Positions 29,271-39,167 of a DNA stretch of 64,000 nucleotides are shown here, in pieces; the stretch's first letter is position 1; every line of letters begins with the position of its first letter. Source of the stretch: Oscillospiraceae bacterium (GTDB lineage Bacteria > Bacillota > Clostridia > Oscillospirales > Oscillospiraceae); NCBI GenBank assembly GCA_015068025.1, contig SVLH01000006.1, forward strand, positions 9,920 through 73,919. The letters run 5' to 3'. A program made the position numbers and the translations under genes. The notes under the pieces were generated by a model. The model did not search any database. It saw nothing but the letters and a program-made list of their open reading frames with translations, and was not told the origin of the DNA.

Positions 29271-30388
29271 TGGCCTATCAACGATGCACACACTGCGTGA
29301 TGGACAACCGGTCGGACACGACCATTGCCTTTGACGGGGAGGGCCGGTGCAATTACTGCCGTGACGTGGAAAAGCGTCTGCCGGAGACCTACTTTCCCAA
29401 CGAGGAAGGCCGGCGGCGGCTGGAGACTCTCATCGCGCAGATGAAAGAGGACTGCAAAAATGACCCCTACGACTGTCTGGTGGGCGTTTCCGGCGGAATC
29501 GACAGTTCCTACATCCTCTATCTGGGACACCGATACGGCCTGCGGATGCTGGCCGTCCATATTGACGACGGGCTGGACAATCCCGTGGCCCGGGAAAACC
29601 TGCGGAAACTCACGGAAAAGACCGGCACGGAGCTGATCTGTGTGGAGCCGGACCGTGCCGAATATGCGGATGTTCTGCGTGCCTTTTTGAAGGCATCCGT
29701 GCCGGGACTCGCCATTGCGCAGGACAACCTTATCATGAAGGCATTGCAGGATTACGGTGCGAAACACAACATCCGCTATTCGCTGGATGGCAGCAATTTC
29801 GCCCACGAGAGTATTCTGGAACGGGGCGATGGCGGCGTAAACGCCTGCGATGCCAGGTATATCCGCAGCGTCCACAAGCGGTTTGGAACGATCCCTCTGC
29901 GCAAAACGAAGTTCATGACGCTGACGGAGCGCTACATCCGCCGCCATGTGAGAGAGAATATGCGGCATGTGCGTCCGCTGAACGATATTCCCTACGATCT
30001 GGAGCAGGCCATTGCCGAACTGGAGGCATTCTGTGGGTTTCAGTACTACGGCGGCAAGCACTACGAGTCTGTGCTGACCCGCTTTATGCAGTGCTGGTAT
30101 CTGCCGGAAAAGTTCGGCATCGATAAGCGGAAGTCCCACTACTCCAGCCTGATTATGTCCGGCCAGATGACCCGGGACGAGGCGCTGGAAAAACTGGAGC
30201 AGCCGCTGTATCAAAGTGAGGAGTTGCTCCGTCAGGACAAGGCGTTTCTGGCAGACTATATCGGCGTTTCCATGGAGGAATTTGAGGCAATGGTGGCCCA
30301 GCCACCCAAGACGGAGCGGATGTATCCCCATTCCTGCCTCAACGAACTGGCGCCCATCGCACGAAAATTCAGAAAGTTTTTGGAGTGA
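29270..30388 (+). CDS. N-acetyl sugar amidotransferase (WbpG-like)
   Basis: CxxCVMD, YDCLVGVSGGIDSS, YGGKHYES, KFGIDKRK, MTRDEAL. Confidence 0.88.
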   Translation: MAYQRCTHCVMDNRSDTTIAFDGEGRCNYCRDVEKRLPETYFPNEEGRRRLETLIAQMKEDCKNDPYDCLVGVSGGIDSSYILYLGHRYGLRMLAVHIDDGLDNPVARENLRKLTEKTGTELICVEPDRAEYADVLRAFLKASVPGLAIAQDNLIMKALQDYGAKHNIRYSLDGSNFAHESILERGDGGVNACDARYIRSVHKRFGTIPLRKTKFMTLTERYIRRHVRENMRHVRPLNDIPYDLEQAIAELEAFCGFQYYGGKHYESVLTRFMQCWYLPEKFGIDKRKSHYSSLIMSGQMTRDEALEKLEQPLYQSEELLRQDKAFLADYIGVSMEEFEAMVAQPPKTERMYPHSCLNELAPIARKFRKFLE

Positions 30389-30411
30389 ACCTTTGACGGG
30401 AGGACGTTTTC

Positions 30412-31503
30412 ATGGCAAAAATCTGTCATATCGAGATCACACCCGCTGATGCCATGCCCCGTGTCTGGCGGGAGGCCGAAAGCGCCCGGGATCACGGCTT
30501 CTCTGTGGTGATTGTCGGAGAAGGGCGGAATGAAGAGCGGAACGGCATCTCCTATATGGGCTTTGAAAAGGCCCCGGGGCGGTTCCATCGCTTCTTTATT
30601 CGATCCCGGAAAATGGTAAATGCCGCCATCGCCTCCGATGCGGACATCATCCAGCTGCACTCTCCCGAACTGCTGCTGTACGCGGGAAAACTGAAGCAGC
30701 TGGGCAGGAAGGTCATCTTTGACAGCCACGAAAATTATCCCACGCAGATTCTAGGCAAGCCTTACATCCCCCTTTTCCTGCGAAAACTGGTTTCCAAAGC
30801 ATACAGCGCCTTTGAGACCGCTGTGTGCCGGAGGATCGACGCCGTTCTCAGCCCCTGCACCTTTCACGGCGCGGACATTTTTGAGGGTCGGGCAAAGCGC
30901 AGCGTGATCATCGCCAACTACTCCCGCACCGTTCCTGTGATACTCGCCGGTGAACCGCAGCGGCAGGCGGTGCATGCCGGCTTGCTGACGCCGGAGCGCG
31001 GCATTACCAAGGCCGCCGAAGCGATCATGAAAACCGACGGAAAACTGATCCTCTGCGGCGCCTTTGCGAACGAGGACTATCAGGCCAAAATCACCGCATA
31101 CCCCGCCGAAAAGGTGGACTACAGAGGCCTTCTGGACCGCAGGACGCTCTTTGAGGTGTACGGGACCTGCGCGGTGGGTGTCAGCACCCTGCTTCCCGTG
31201 GGGCAGTATGCCAATACAGATAACTTGAGCACAAAGATATACGAATATATGCAGTGCGGGATGCCGGTGGTCATGTCGGACTTCCCCTATGCGAAAGCAA
31301 AAAACGAGCAGTACCACTTTGGCATCTGCGTTGATCCGGAAAATGAAACGGAGATCGCGGAGGCCATTCAGTACCTGCTGGATCATCCGGAGGAAGCCCG
31401 CCGGATGGGCGAAAACGGCCGCCGTGCCGTAGAGGAAGCATTCAACTGGAGCGTGGAGGAGAAAAAGCTTCTGGCGCTCTATGAAGATATTTTGAAGGAT
31501 TGA
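30412..31503 (+). CDS. GT4 glycosyltransferase
   Basis: HSPELL, IFDSHENYP, TKIYEYMQCGMPVV, FNWSVEEKKL. Confidence 0.85.
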   Translation: MAKICHIEITPADAMPRVWREAESARDHGFSVVIVGEGRNEERNGISYMGFEKAPGRFHRFFIRSRKMVNAAIASDADIIQLHSPELLLYAGKLKQLGRKVIFDSHENYPTQILGKPYIPLFLRKLVSKAYSAFETAVCRRIDAVLSPCTFHGADIFEGRAKRSVIIANYSRTVPVILAGEPQRQAVHAGLLTPERGITKAAEAIMKTDGKLILCGAFANEDYQAKITAYPAEKVDYRGLLDRRTLFEVYGTCAVGVSTLLPVGQYANTDNLSTKIYEYMQCGMPVVMSDFPYAKAKNEQYHFGICVDPENETEIAEAIQYLLDHPEEARRMGENGRRAVEEAFNWSVEEKKLLALYEDILKD

Positions 31504-31515
31504 GGAGACGGAGAA

Positions 31516-32589
31516 ATGAAGTATGCTCTGATCGGCTGCGGCCGGATCGCCACCAATCACATCAAGGCTGCTGTGAACAACAAACTGGAGATCGTCGCCG
31601 TGTGCGACGTGCTGCCGGAGGCCATGGAGGCTCTGCTGGCAAAGCACGGTCTGGAGAAGGATGCCTCCATCAAGCGCTACACGGATTACAAAACCATGCT
31701 GGCGGAAAACGAGCTGGAACTGGTCAGCATCGCCACCGAGAGCGGTATCCACGCGGAGATTGCCCTGTACTGCATTGACCGGGGCGTGAACCTCATCATC
31801 GAAAAGCCCATGGCCATGTCCATGGCCGATGCGGACGAGATCATCCGCCGGAGTGAGGAAAAGGGCGTCAAGGTTTCCGCCTGCCACCAGAACCGCTTCA
31901 ATATTGCCGTGCAGGAACTGCGCGCCGCGCTGGAGGCCGGCCGATTCGGCCGCCTGTCTCACGGCAGCATCCATGTCCGCTGGAACCGCAACCGCGGCTA
32001 TTACGATCAGGCGCCCTGGCGGGGCACCTGGGCGCAGGACGGCGGGTGCCTGATGAACCAGTGCATCCACGGCATCGACCTGCTGCGCTGGATGATGGGC
32101 GACGAGGTGGAGGAAGTCTACGGCGTCACGGCGCAGCAGTTCCACGACTATCTGCAGGCCGAGGATGTGGGCATGGCCGTGGTGAAGTTCAAAAACGGCG
32201 CGGTGGGCACCATTGAGGGCACCACCAACGTCTACCCCAAAAATCTGGAGGAAACGCTGTACATCTTCGGCGAGAACGGTACGGTGAAGATCGGCGGCAC
32301 GTCCACCAACAATATCGACGTCTGGGACTTTGCCGACGAAGGGGAGGCAGACCGGAAGAACAAGGGCCTGCAGGAAGCCACCAGCAATGTCTACGGCAAC
32401 GGCCACACCAGCCTCTTTGCTGACATGATGGATGCCATCCGCCGCGATCGCAAACCCTATGTGGACGCGGTGGCAGGCCGCAATGCGCTGGAAATGATCC
32501 TTGCCATCTATAAGAGCCAGAAGACCGGAGCGCCGGTCAAGCTGCCGCTGACGGACTTTGCCAGCCTGTCCATGGAAGGAGAATTCTGA
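31516..32589 (+). CDS. Gfo/Idh/MocA oxidoreductase (WbpB/WlbA-like)
   Basis: IGCGRIA, IEKPMA, HQNRFN, WRGTWAQDGGCLMNQCIH. Confidence 0.88.
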   Translation: MKYALIGCGRIATNHIKAAVNNKLEIVAVCDVLPEAMEALLAKHGLEKDASIKRYTDYKTMLAENELELVSIATESGIHAEIALYCIDRGVNLIIEKPMAMSMADADEIIRRSEEKGVKVSACHQNRFNIAVQELRAALEAGRFGRLSHGSIHVRWNRNRGYYDQAPWRGTWAQDGGCLMNQCIHGIDLLRWMMGDEVEEVYGVTAQQFHDYLQAEDVGMAVVKFKNGAVGTIEGTTNVYPKNLEETLYIFGENGTVKIGGTSTNNIDVWDFADEGEADRKNKGLQEATSNVYGNGHTSLFADMMDAIRRDRKPYVDAVAGRNALEMILAIYKSQKTGAPVKLPLTDFASLSMEGEF

Positions 32590-32590
32590 T

Positions 32591-34087
32591 ATGCCCCTGC
32601 TCAAGCCAACTGCCGCCTGGAAGCGGTACATTCCGCTCTGGCAGGAGGCGGTGTTTCCCCTCTGCTTTGCCCTGACGGGACTGCTGCACTTTTTCCTTTT
32701 TTATCTGGGTCTTGCTTTTGAAGAAAATGCTGCCCGCGAGACGCTGTTTGCTGTCGGCTGTGCGCTGTATGCCGTGGTGTGCGGTCTCTCGTTCCTGCGC
32801 GTCATCAAGGAGCGCCTGCTGCCGGGCAAAACCTGGGTGCTTCTGGCGCTGCCGGCGTTGTTTTTCGGCGCCTGTTTCCTGCTGCGCATGAAGGAACACG
32901 GCCTGTCCGGCGGCACGCTGTCTGCTGCAGGGCAGTTTGTCGTGCTTTGTGTGCCTGCCTTTTTTGCGGGCGTGTGCTGTGCAGCGCGGCGCAAAGAAGC
33001 GGCGGTTTTTCCACTGCTGGACAAGATGAGCTTTCTGGCGCTGCCGGCGGTGATCGTCTATGTGAACGGTGCGCTGTTCCATTGCAATCCGTTTGGCTGG
33101 AATCAGGATTTTGGCATCTTAAGCTATATGACCTTCGCCTACGCCCTGATGCCATTCCTGCTGGCACAGCTCCTGTGCTTTTGCGGGAAGGAGCCCCTTC
33201 ACATCCCGTTTTATCACAAGGAAGTGCGCCATCCCCAGTGGATCCGGGGCGGAATGATCGTTCTGTTCTGGACGGCGATCATCGCATCGGGCACCCGAGG
33301 TGCGTATTTCTGTGTCATCGGCTTCTGCATCCTGCTGGTTCTGTTTCGGCTGCGCAGCAGGAACGGAACGCTGAAACGAGCGGGCGCGGCAGCGCTTGCC
33401 GTGACGGCTATGCTCCTGTTCAGCATCTTCGTGTATGCGCCGAAAGGCTTTCACGTTGGACGCATGGAAACCTTCCTGGAAGGGTTGATGCAGGGCCAGA
33501 TCATCACCGACTCCGGACAGAATGAGGATGTGGATCAGTACCTGGATGATCTGGTTGCCGCCGACGGAGGAGAACAGGTCGTCAACCGCCCCGACAAAGA
33601 GCCCCCCCAGACGGAGCCGACTCCTCCCGAAGAAGTGACACCCCCCGAGGAAACAATGCCTCCCGAAGAAGAGGCTCCTCCGGAAGAGATGCCTCCCCCG
33701 GTTTCTGACATGAACCTGCAGATCGGCAACCGCGGGACGCTGTACAAACTGGCAATGATGGAATTTATGAAATCTCCCGTGACAGGCATGGGCCCCGGAA
33801 ACTATACGCTGAAGTACGGCAAGTATCCCCATAATGTGCTTCTGGAGCTGCTGTGCGAAACGGGTCTTGCGGGAACGATCCCTCTGGTGACGCTGATCCT
33901 CTGGGCAGTCATACGGCTGCTCCTGATCGGCAGAAAACGGCCGGAAGTCAGCAGCATTGTGCTGATTTTCGCGGCTTTTGCCATTCAGGCGTGTATCAGC
34001 GGTTCGCTGTGGAACTGTCCCGCCCTGCTGTGCGCACTGGGCTACGGCCTTGCTGCTTTGGGAAAGGAACCGGAAAAAACTTTGTGA
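32591..34087 (+). CDS. O-antigen polymerase/ligase-family membrane protein with a Pro/Glu repeat loop
   Basis: multi-TM; SGTRGA, R..LY..A...F..SPVTGMG, YPHNVLLELLCETG; PPEE repeats at about 33600-33700. Confidence 0.75.
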   Translation: MPLLKPTAAWKRYIPLWQEAVFPLCFALTGLLHFFLFYLGLAFEENAARETLFAVGCALYAVVCGLSFLRVIKERLLPGKTWVLLALPALFFGACFLLRMKEHGLSGGTLSAAGQFVVLCVPAFFAGVCCAARRKEAAVFPLLDKMSFLALPAVIVYVNGALFHCNPFGWNQDFGILSYMTFAYALMPFLLAQLLCFCGKEPLHIPFYHKEVRHPQWIRGGMIVLFWTAIIASGTRGAYFCVIGFCILLVLFRLRSRNGTLKRAGAAALAVTAMLLFSIFVYAPKGFHVGRMETFLEGLMQGQIITDSGQNEDVDQYLDDLVAADGGEQVVNRPDKEPPQTEPTPPEEVTPPEETMPPEEEAPPEEMPPPVSDMNLQIGNRGTLYKLAMMEFMKSPVTGMGPGNYTLKYGKYPHNVLLELLCETGLAGTIPLVTLILWAVIRLLLIGRKRPEVSSIVLIFAAFAIQACISGSLWNCPALLCALGYGLAALGKEPEKTL

Positions 34088-34106
34088 GAGGAGGGAGATC
34101 TGCCTC

Positions 34107-35612
34107 ATGAAACACAACAAGATCCTCAAGGCGCTGTTCTCGGTGACCGGCGTCATCCTGCTGTCGAAACTGTTGGGTTTCGTGAAACAGATGGTCACGG
34201 CCGGCGTGTTTGGCGCCACCATTGAAACAGACCTCATCCACCTTTCCGAAGGATTTGTCGGAAACATCAAATATGTTCTGGTGCAGACTCTGCTGACGGC
34301 CTTTGTGGCAGTCTATCTCCACACGAAGGAAGAGGACGACGGCGCGGCCCGCCGCTTTGCGGCCGACACCGGCAGAGCCTTTACCGCCATCACCGCGGTC
34401 ATGGTGGCAGTGGTCATGCTGTTTGCCCCGCAGATCGCCCGGATCATTGCCCCCAGCTATCCGGCCGAGCTTACAGCCCGTCTGGCGATGTATCTGCGGA
34501 TCTTTTCGCCGGCGCTGGTATTGTTTGTCTGGATTGCGGTGTTCCATGCGCTGCTGAACGCAAACCAGCGGTTCATCCCCGGAGAACTGGAAGGTGCCAA
34601 TCAAAGTCTGATCCTGCTGGCGCTGGTGGCGGGGCTTGCCTCCGTCCTGGGAGTGCGGATCCTTGTCGTTGCCTTCCTTGCCGCGGCAGTCTGGAACGCG
34701 CTGTTTCTGGGCGTGGTGTCCCGCCGATACTGGGAAGCCGCCCGCAGTAATCCCTTCCGCAACCCGGCGGTGAAAGAATTGCTGCGCATGACCGGCCCGC
34801 TGCTGTTGGGATATGCCATGGTGTACATCAACCAGCAGGTGGGAAATATTCTGGTCTCCGGGCTGGAGGCGGGCACCGTGACCGCCATGGACTACGCGGC
34901 AGTGCTTTTCAATCTGGTGGGCACGCTGATCGGCTCCTTCTGCTCCATTTTGTTTACGTACATTACGAAGAAGATCTCCCAGAAAGATCACGAGTCTGCG
35001 GCAAGGCTGACGCTCCGTGCTGCGGTGCTGCTTGTGGCGGTGTTTTTGCCCATCAGCATTCTGATGATCCTGTGTGCGGAGGATATCGTAACCATTGTGT
35101 ACGGCCGCGGTGCCTTTGCGGCCGACAACATCCGCGTTGCTGCGGATGCGCTGGTGGGCTTCTCCCTCGGTGTTGTTCCTCTGGTGGTGCGTGACCTGTT
35201 CAGCCGCGTGCAGTACGCCTATCAGGATTCCAAACAGCCTATGATTAACAGCACCGTCTCCATTGCCGTCAACATCGGCTTGAGCGTTGCCCTGTGCCCG
35301 GTCTTGGGCGTGCTGGGCGTGAGCATGGCGGGCAGCGTGTCGCTTCTGGTCTGCGGCGGGCTGAATCTGATTACCGCCCGGCGGCACAATGCGTTTCTGC
35401 GCTACGGCGAACTGCTGAAATGCCTGCCGTGGCTGTGCGTGGGCAGCGTGGTCTGCCTGCTGACCGCCCGCTGGAGCATTGGCTGTTGGCAGACGCAGGG
35501 CGCGTTGCTTCGCTTTGCTCTGGTGACCCTGACGGCCGGCGGCGCGTATGCGCTCTCCGTCAGCCCCCTGCTGCTGCGGCTGCTCCGCAAGGAAAATGAG
35601 CCTGCGGCTTGA
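34107..35612 (+). CDS. MurJ/MviN-family flippase
   Basis: SKLLGFVK, FGATIETD, IVYGRGAF, QDSKQPM; many hydrophobic segments. Confidence 0.85.
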   Translation: MKHNKILKALFSVTGVILLSKLLGFVKQMVTAGVFGATIETDLIHLSEGFVGNIKYVLVQTLLTAFVAVYLHTKEEDDGAARRFAADTGRAFTAITAVMVAVVMLFAPQIARIIAPSYPAELTARLAMYLRIFSPALVLFVWIAVFHALLNANQRFIPGELEGANQSLILLALVAGLASVLGVRILVVAFLAAAVWNALFLGVVSRRYWEAARSNPFRNPAVKELLRMTGPLLLGYAMVYINQQVGNILVSGLEAGTVTAMDYAAVLFNLVGTLIGSFCSILFTYITKKISQKDHESAARLTLRAAVLLVAVFLPISILMILCAEDIVTIVYGRGAFAADNIRVAADALVGFSLGVVPLVVRDLFSRVQYAYQDSKQPMINSTVSIAVNIGLSVALCPVLGVLGVSMAGSVSLLVCGGLNLITARRHNAFLRYGELLKCLPWLCVGSVVCLLTARWSIGCWQTQGALLRFALVTLTAGGAYALSVSPLLLRLLRKENEPAA

Positions 35613-35643
35613 TATGGAAACATGATTGGAAAGGACGATCTGT

Positions 35644-37575
35644 ATGTGCGGGATCAGCGGATATTTGAATCTTTCCTCTGGCGTGCAGACCGGCATCCTT
35701 CGCAGGATGAACGATGTGATCCGCCACCGCGGGCCGGACGATGAAGGCTATGCCCTGATCGGCCCGCAGAAGTGCGCGAATTGTGGCGGGCCGGACTCCG
35801 ACCCCCGATTGGAGCTGCCTCTGCTGGAACAGACGGACGCTTCCGGGGCCTTTTTGGGTCTGGGGCATCGCCGCCTGAGCATTCTGGATCTCTCGCCTGC
35901 CGGCCACCAACCCATGGGACTTGCGGAGCGCGGGTTGACTGTGACCTATAACGGAGAGATCTATAACTACCCGGAACTGAAGGCGGAACTGACCGCGCTG
36001 GGCCATGTGTTTCACACCGCCAGCGACACGGAAGTGCTGCTGGCAGCTTACAGCCAGTGGGGAGAAGACTGCCTGTCTCACTTCAACGGCATGTGGGGCT
36101 TTGCCCTCTGGGACAGCCGGGAGAGAAAACTGTTCTGTGCCCGGGATCGGCTGGGAGCCAAGCCGTTCCACTATTATCATCAGGGCGATTTTTTGCTGTT
36201 CGGCTCGGAACTGAAGCAGCTCTGTCAGGATGAAACCATCCAAAAGCACTTCGACAACGCCACCCTTGCGGCGAACCTGATGTATCACCTGAGCGATTAC
36301 AATGACCGCACGCTGATCGAAAATATGCGCGTTTTGAGACCGGGCCATAAGCTGGTGGTTCGGCTCTCGTCGGACTGCCGGCACATCGAGGAGTTCACGG
36401 TCTCGCCCTACTGGCAGCTGGAAACCGGCTATCGGGAAGACTTCTCCGCTGCACAGTGGCAGGAGATGGTGGAGGAGGAATTCTCCCGCGCCTGCCGCTG
36501 GCGTCTGCGCAGTGACGCGCCTGTGGGTGCGCTGCTCTCCGGCGGTCTGGACTCCTCCTGCATGGTCACAGAACTCTGCAGCCAGCTGGGCGACCCCGCT
36601 GCCCTGCAGACCTTCACCACCAGTTATCCCGGCCATTCCGACTGCGATGAGTGGCATTTTGCCGACATGGTCAACCGTGCCTGCGGCTGCACCGGCCACC
36701 AGTTCATTCCTGACCCCACGGATGACATCGAACGCCGCTTTGAAAACGTGGTGTGGCACGTGGAGGGCTTCAGCGGCCCTGCGCTGCTTGGCCCATCCAT
36801 GCTGCTGGAGGACATCCGTCGTCGGGGCATCAAAGTGATCCTGAACGGCCAGTGCGGCGACGAGACCATGTTCGGCTACGAGCGGTATTATGCGTATTAC
36901 TTTGCGGATCTCCTGAAAAAAGGAAGGGTCGGCACGGCGCTGCGGGAATTCCGTCTGGCATCACAAAACTCCAGATTCTCGGCGGGCACGCTGCTGCAGA
37001 TGATGGTGTATTTTAACCTGCCTGCGGTGCGGGATACCCGCCAGCTGCGGCGCAGCGGCGCCTTTGTCCGGCAGGAACTTCTGCAGGAGCGTGACTGCGA
37101 GGAGCTGCACAATCTTCTCTATCCTGCCAACCTCCAGCAGCTGCAGAAAACCGAACTGACGGCCACCCAACTGCCCCACATCGTCCGCTATGATGACCGG
37201 CTGTATATGGCGGCCTCTATCGAAAGCCGCATCCCCTTTATGGACTATCGCTTTGTCCAGCTTTCCGCGCAGATTCCCCCCCACATGAAAATCGAAGACG
37301 GCTATACCAAGAGCATCATGCGAAAGATCTTTGACAGCCGGATGCCGAAGGAAGTGACCTGGCGGACGAACAAAATGGGCTTCGGTGCACCGGAAGCACA
37401 GTGGATGGCGGCCTTTTCCAGGGCGTATCTGCTGGACCAGCTCAGCACCGCAAAAACAGCGCCCTATTTCCACACAGACAGACTTGCAAAACTGGTAGAG
37501 GAACAGCCTGCGAACCCCGCAATTTTTGCGTTTTTGCAGGCGGAGCAGTTTGCCCGGCAGTTTAGCGTAGACTAA
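35644..37575 (+). CDS. asnB: asparagine synthase-like glutamine amidotransferase (likely sugar amidation)
   Basis: MCGI N-terminal Cys, HRGPD, HRRLSILD, NGEIYN, LLSGGLDSS, ESRIPF. Confidence 0.88.
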   Translation: MCGISGYLNLSSGVQTGILRRMNDVIRHRGPDDEGYALIGPQKCANCGGPDSDPRLELPLLEQTDASGAFLGLGHRRLSILDLSPAGHQPMGLAERGLTVTYNGEIYNYPELKAELTALGHVFHTASDTEVLLAAYSQWGEDCLSHFNGMWGFALWDSRERKLFCARDRLGAKPFHYYHQGDFLLFGSELKQLCQDETIQKHFDNATLAANLMYHLSDYNDRTLIENMRVLRPGHKLVVRLSSDCRHIEEFTVSPYWQLETGYREDFSAAQWQEMVEEEFSRACRWRLRSDAPVGALLSGGLDSSCMVTELCSQLGDPAALQTFTTSYPGHSDCDEWHFADMVNRACGCTGHQFIPDPTDDIERRFENVVWHVEGFSGPALLGPSMLLEDIRRRGIKVILNGQCGDETMFGYERYYAYYFADLLKKGRVGTALREFRLASQNSRFSAGTLLQMMVYFNLPAVRDTRQLRRSGAFVRQELLQERDCEELHNLLYPANLQQLQKTELTATQLPHIVRYDDRLYMAASIESRIPFMDYRFVQLSAQIPPHMKIEDGYTKSIMRKIFDSRMPKEVTWRTNKMGFGAPEAQWMAAFSRAYLLDQLSTAKTAPYFHTDRLAKLVEEQPANPAIFAFLQAEQFARQFSVD

Positions 37576-37616
37576 AAAACAAAAAAACAAGAGCGGATGG
37601 CAAAGCCATCCGCTCT
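37575..37616. terminator. terminator ending the portal-fibre operon (possibly bidirectional)
   Basis: agagcggatggc-aaa-gccatccgctct hairpin; long T tract on the minus strand. Confidence 0.8.
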
Positions 37617-37620
37617 CTCG

Positions 37621-37767
37621 TTATGCCTGTGCCTCCAGTTCCGTCAGGAGAAGGGCGCGTTCCGCCTCGGTCAGTCTGGGGTACTCCTGCAAAATATCAT
37701 CCAGCGCCTCACCGGCATCCATTCTGCGCTGTACCACACGGCACAAAAGCTTCAGAGCCAGAGTCAT
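37621..37767 (-). CDS. 48-aa phage-type small protein at the XkdX position (not in ORF track)
   Basis: MTLALKLLCRVVQRRMDAGEALDDILQEYPRLTEAERALLLTELEAQA; ATGA overlap with the upstream stop and a GGAGGTGA RBS. Confidence 0.7.
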   Translation of the reverse strand: MTLALKLLCRVVQRRMDAGEALDDILQEYPRLTEAERALLLTELEAQA

Positions 37768-38048
37768 ACTGCCTCACCTCCAAACAGCAGCATGGCGATG
37801 AGGGCTTCCACATCCGCCAGCATCGTTTCCACAGCCGCCATACGATGCTCATGAGAGGGATTTTTTCTGCGCCAATCCGCGCGCAGGGTCTCAGAGCAGT
37901 CGGGGCGGGAAGAAAGCTCGCAGTCAGCTGCAAAGCAATCGTAAATGACGCCTTCCTCCGTTACTGCGCTTTCTGCTGTGTAGGAAACCGCTTTTTTGAT
38001 GGTGAGCACGGGCGTTTTCGTCCCGATTTTGTACAAATACAAGGTCAT
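37764..38048 (-). CDS. putative tail-fibre chaperone (XkdW position)
   Basis: RBS ggagg; C-terminal coiled segment 'EHRMAAVETMLADVEALIAMLLFGGEAV' as often seen in genes following fibres. Confidence 0.55.
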   Translation of the reverse strand: MTLYLYKIGTKTPVLTIKKAVSYTAESAVTEEGVIYDCFAADCELSSRPDCSETLRADWRRKNPSHEHRMAAVETMLADVEALIAMLLFGGEAV

Positions 38049-38060
38049 GATCGTTCCTCC

Positions 38061-39155
38061 TTACAGCAGCGAGCCGTTGGCCGCTACGATGAGTCCGCCG
38101 CTTTTCACGTTGCTGCTTCCACCCAGCGTGCTGGGGGTGCTGTCGGCGAGCAGCACGATGCCGCCGTTCCATACGAAGGCGCCGACGCCGTTTCCGGAAA
38201 AGTTTTCCGCCTGCGTGCAGGTAACGGTCACCAGAGACATCAGCCCGGCAAACACCACCGTGGAGAACTGTTTGACAGAGCAGTTCTCCAGCATCACGGA
38301 GGAAAAGTGGAGCGCATTGACGGCGCGGACGCCGGCTTCCTGATTGTGTCCCGTCAAAGCGCATCCGTTCAGTCGGACGCCGCGGCAGTTTTCGATCTGG
38401 ATCAGACCGGAATTGGAGGGCAGTCCGGCAGGTGCGTTGATCTGCAGGTTCAAAAGCTGCACATAGGCGCTGCAGTCGATCAGGGAAATCTTGTTTTGGA
38501 TCACGCAGCCGCCGGAGTGGTCGGCCGTGATGCGGATGATCCCAGGGCCGTGAAAGCCCTGAATCCGCAGGGGCGTTGTCAGGGTGCCGGTGGCGTTGAT
38601 GATGATGCTCTCCTGCAGGAAACGAGGCTGCGCGTCCAAAAACGCCTGCAGATCTCCGGCGTCCAGATGATAGGTGTTTTGAGGGACTGCACCGGCAAGT
38701 TCCACTCTTGCCCTGATGGGAGCCAGCGCTCCCTCTGTCAGCAGCCCGGCGGGGGAGCAGGTGACGGTGGCCTCTGCGTCCTCCAGAACTGTCTCCTCCA
38801 GATAGAAGCGCAAAACGGCGCTGCTGCCGGCGGTGATGTGCATTGCCTCGGTCAGACGATAGATCTTATACAGGATCTCTCCCTCGTCGGGATCCTGCGC
38901 ATATACGCCCAGTTCCGTCAGGGTGTAGTTGCCTGCGGCATTGGCAGCGACCAGCGTGGCGGGGATCACGGCGGTGTTGCCGTTGCGGCTGGGGGTGTTG
39001 ACGGCCAGCGTCTGCTGAATCTGATTCAAAGCAGCGGCTTTGGCGTGCGTAGTGCCGCTGCCGGCCAAAACCCTGGTGACCGTCAGCGCTGCGCCGGCGG
39101 ACAGCTTTGCCGCCAGTTCCAGCCCTTTTTCTGTAAAAATACCATAGATTTCCAT
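38061..39155 (-). CDS. tail fibre/receptor-binding protein: collar-fibre N-domain plus beta-helix-like C-domain
   Basis: 'FTEKGLELAAK...VTRVLAGSG' and 'YTLTELGVYAQDPDEGEILY' baseplate-attachment motifs; repeated short strands (IENCRGVRLNGC, VMLENCSV). Confidence 0.8.
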   Translation of the reverse strand: MEIYGIFTEKGLELAAKLSAGAALTVTRVLAGSGTTHAKAAALNQIQQTLAVNTPSRNGNTAVIPATLVAANAAGNYTLTELGVYAQDPDEGEILYKIYRLTEAMHITAGSSAVLRFYLEETVLEDAEATVTCSPAGLLTEGALAPIRARVELAGAVPQNTYHLDAGDLQAFLDAQPRFLQESIIINATGTLTTPLRIQGFHGPGIIRITADHSGGCVIQNKISLIDCSAYVQLLNLQINAPAGLPSNSGLIQIENCRGVRLNGCALTGHNQEAGVRAVNALHFSSVMLENCSVKQFSTVVFAGLMSLVTVTCTQAENFSGNGVGAFVWNGGIVLLADSTPSTLGGSSNVKSGGLIVAANGSLL

Positions 39156-39167
39156 ACTCATCCTCCG

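Noticed and set aside
33600-33700. CRISPR-like or mobile repeats (also 8310-8390, 13290-13380)
   Set aside because: These are short degenerate in-frame coding repeats (PPEE, EEDAAA, EAPAV) with no spacers and no cas genes.
38061-39155. Diversity-generating retroelement or invertase shufflon acting on the fibre
   Set aside because: No reverse transcriptase, recombinase, or duplicated fibre 3' segment was noticed in the window.
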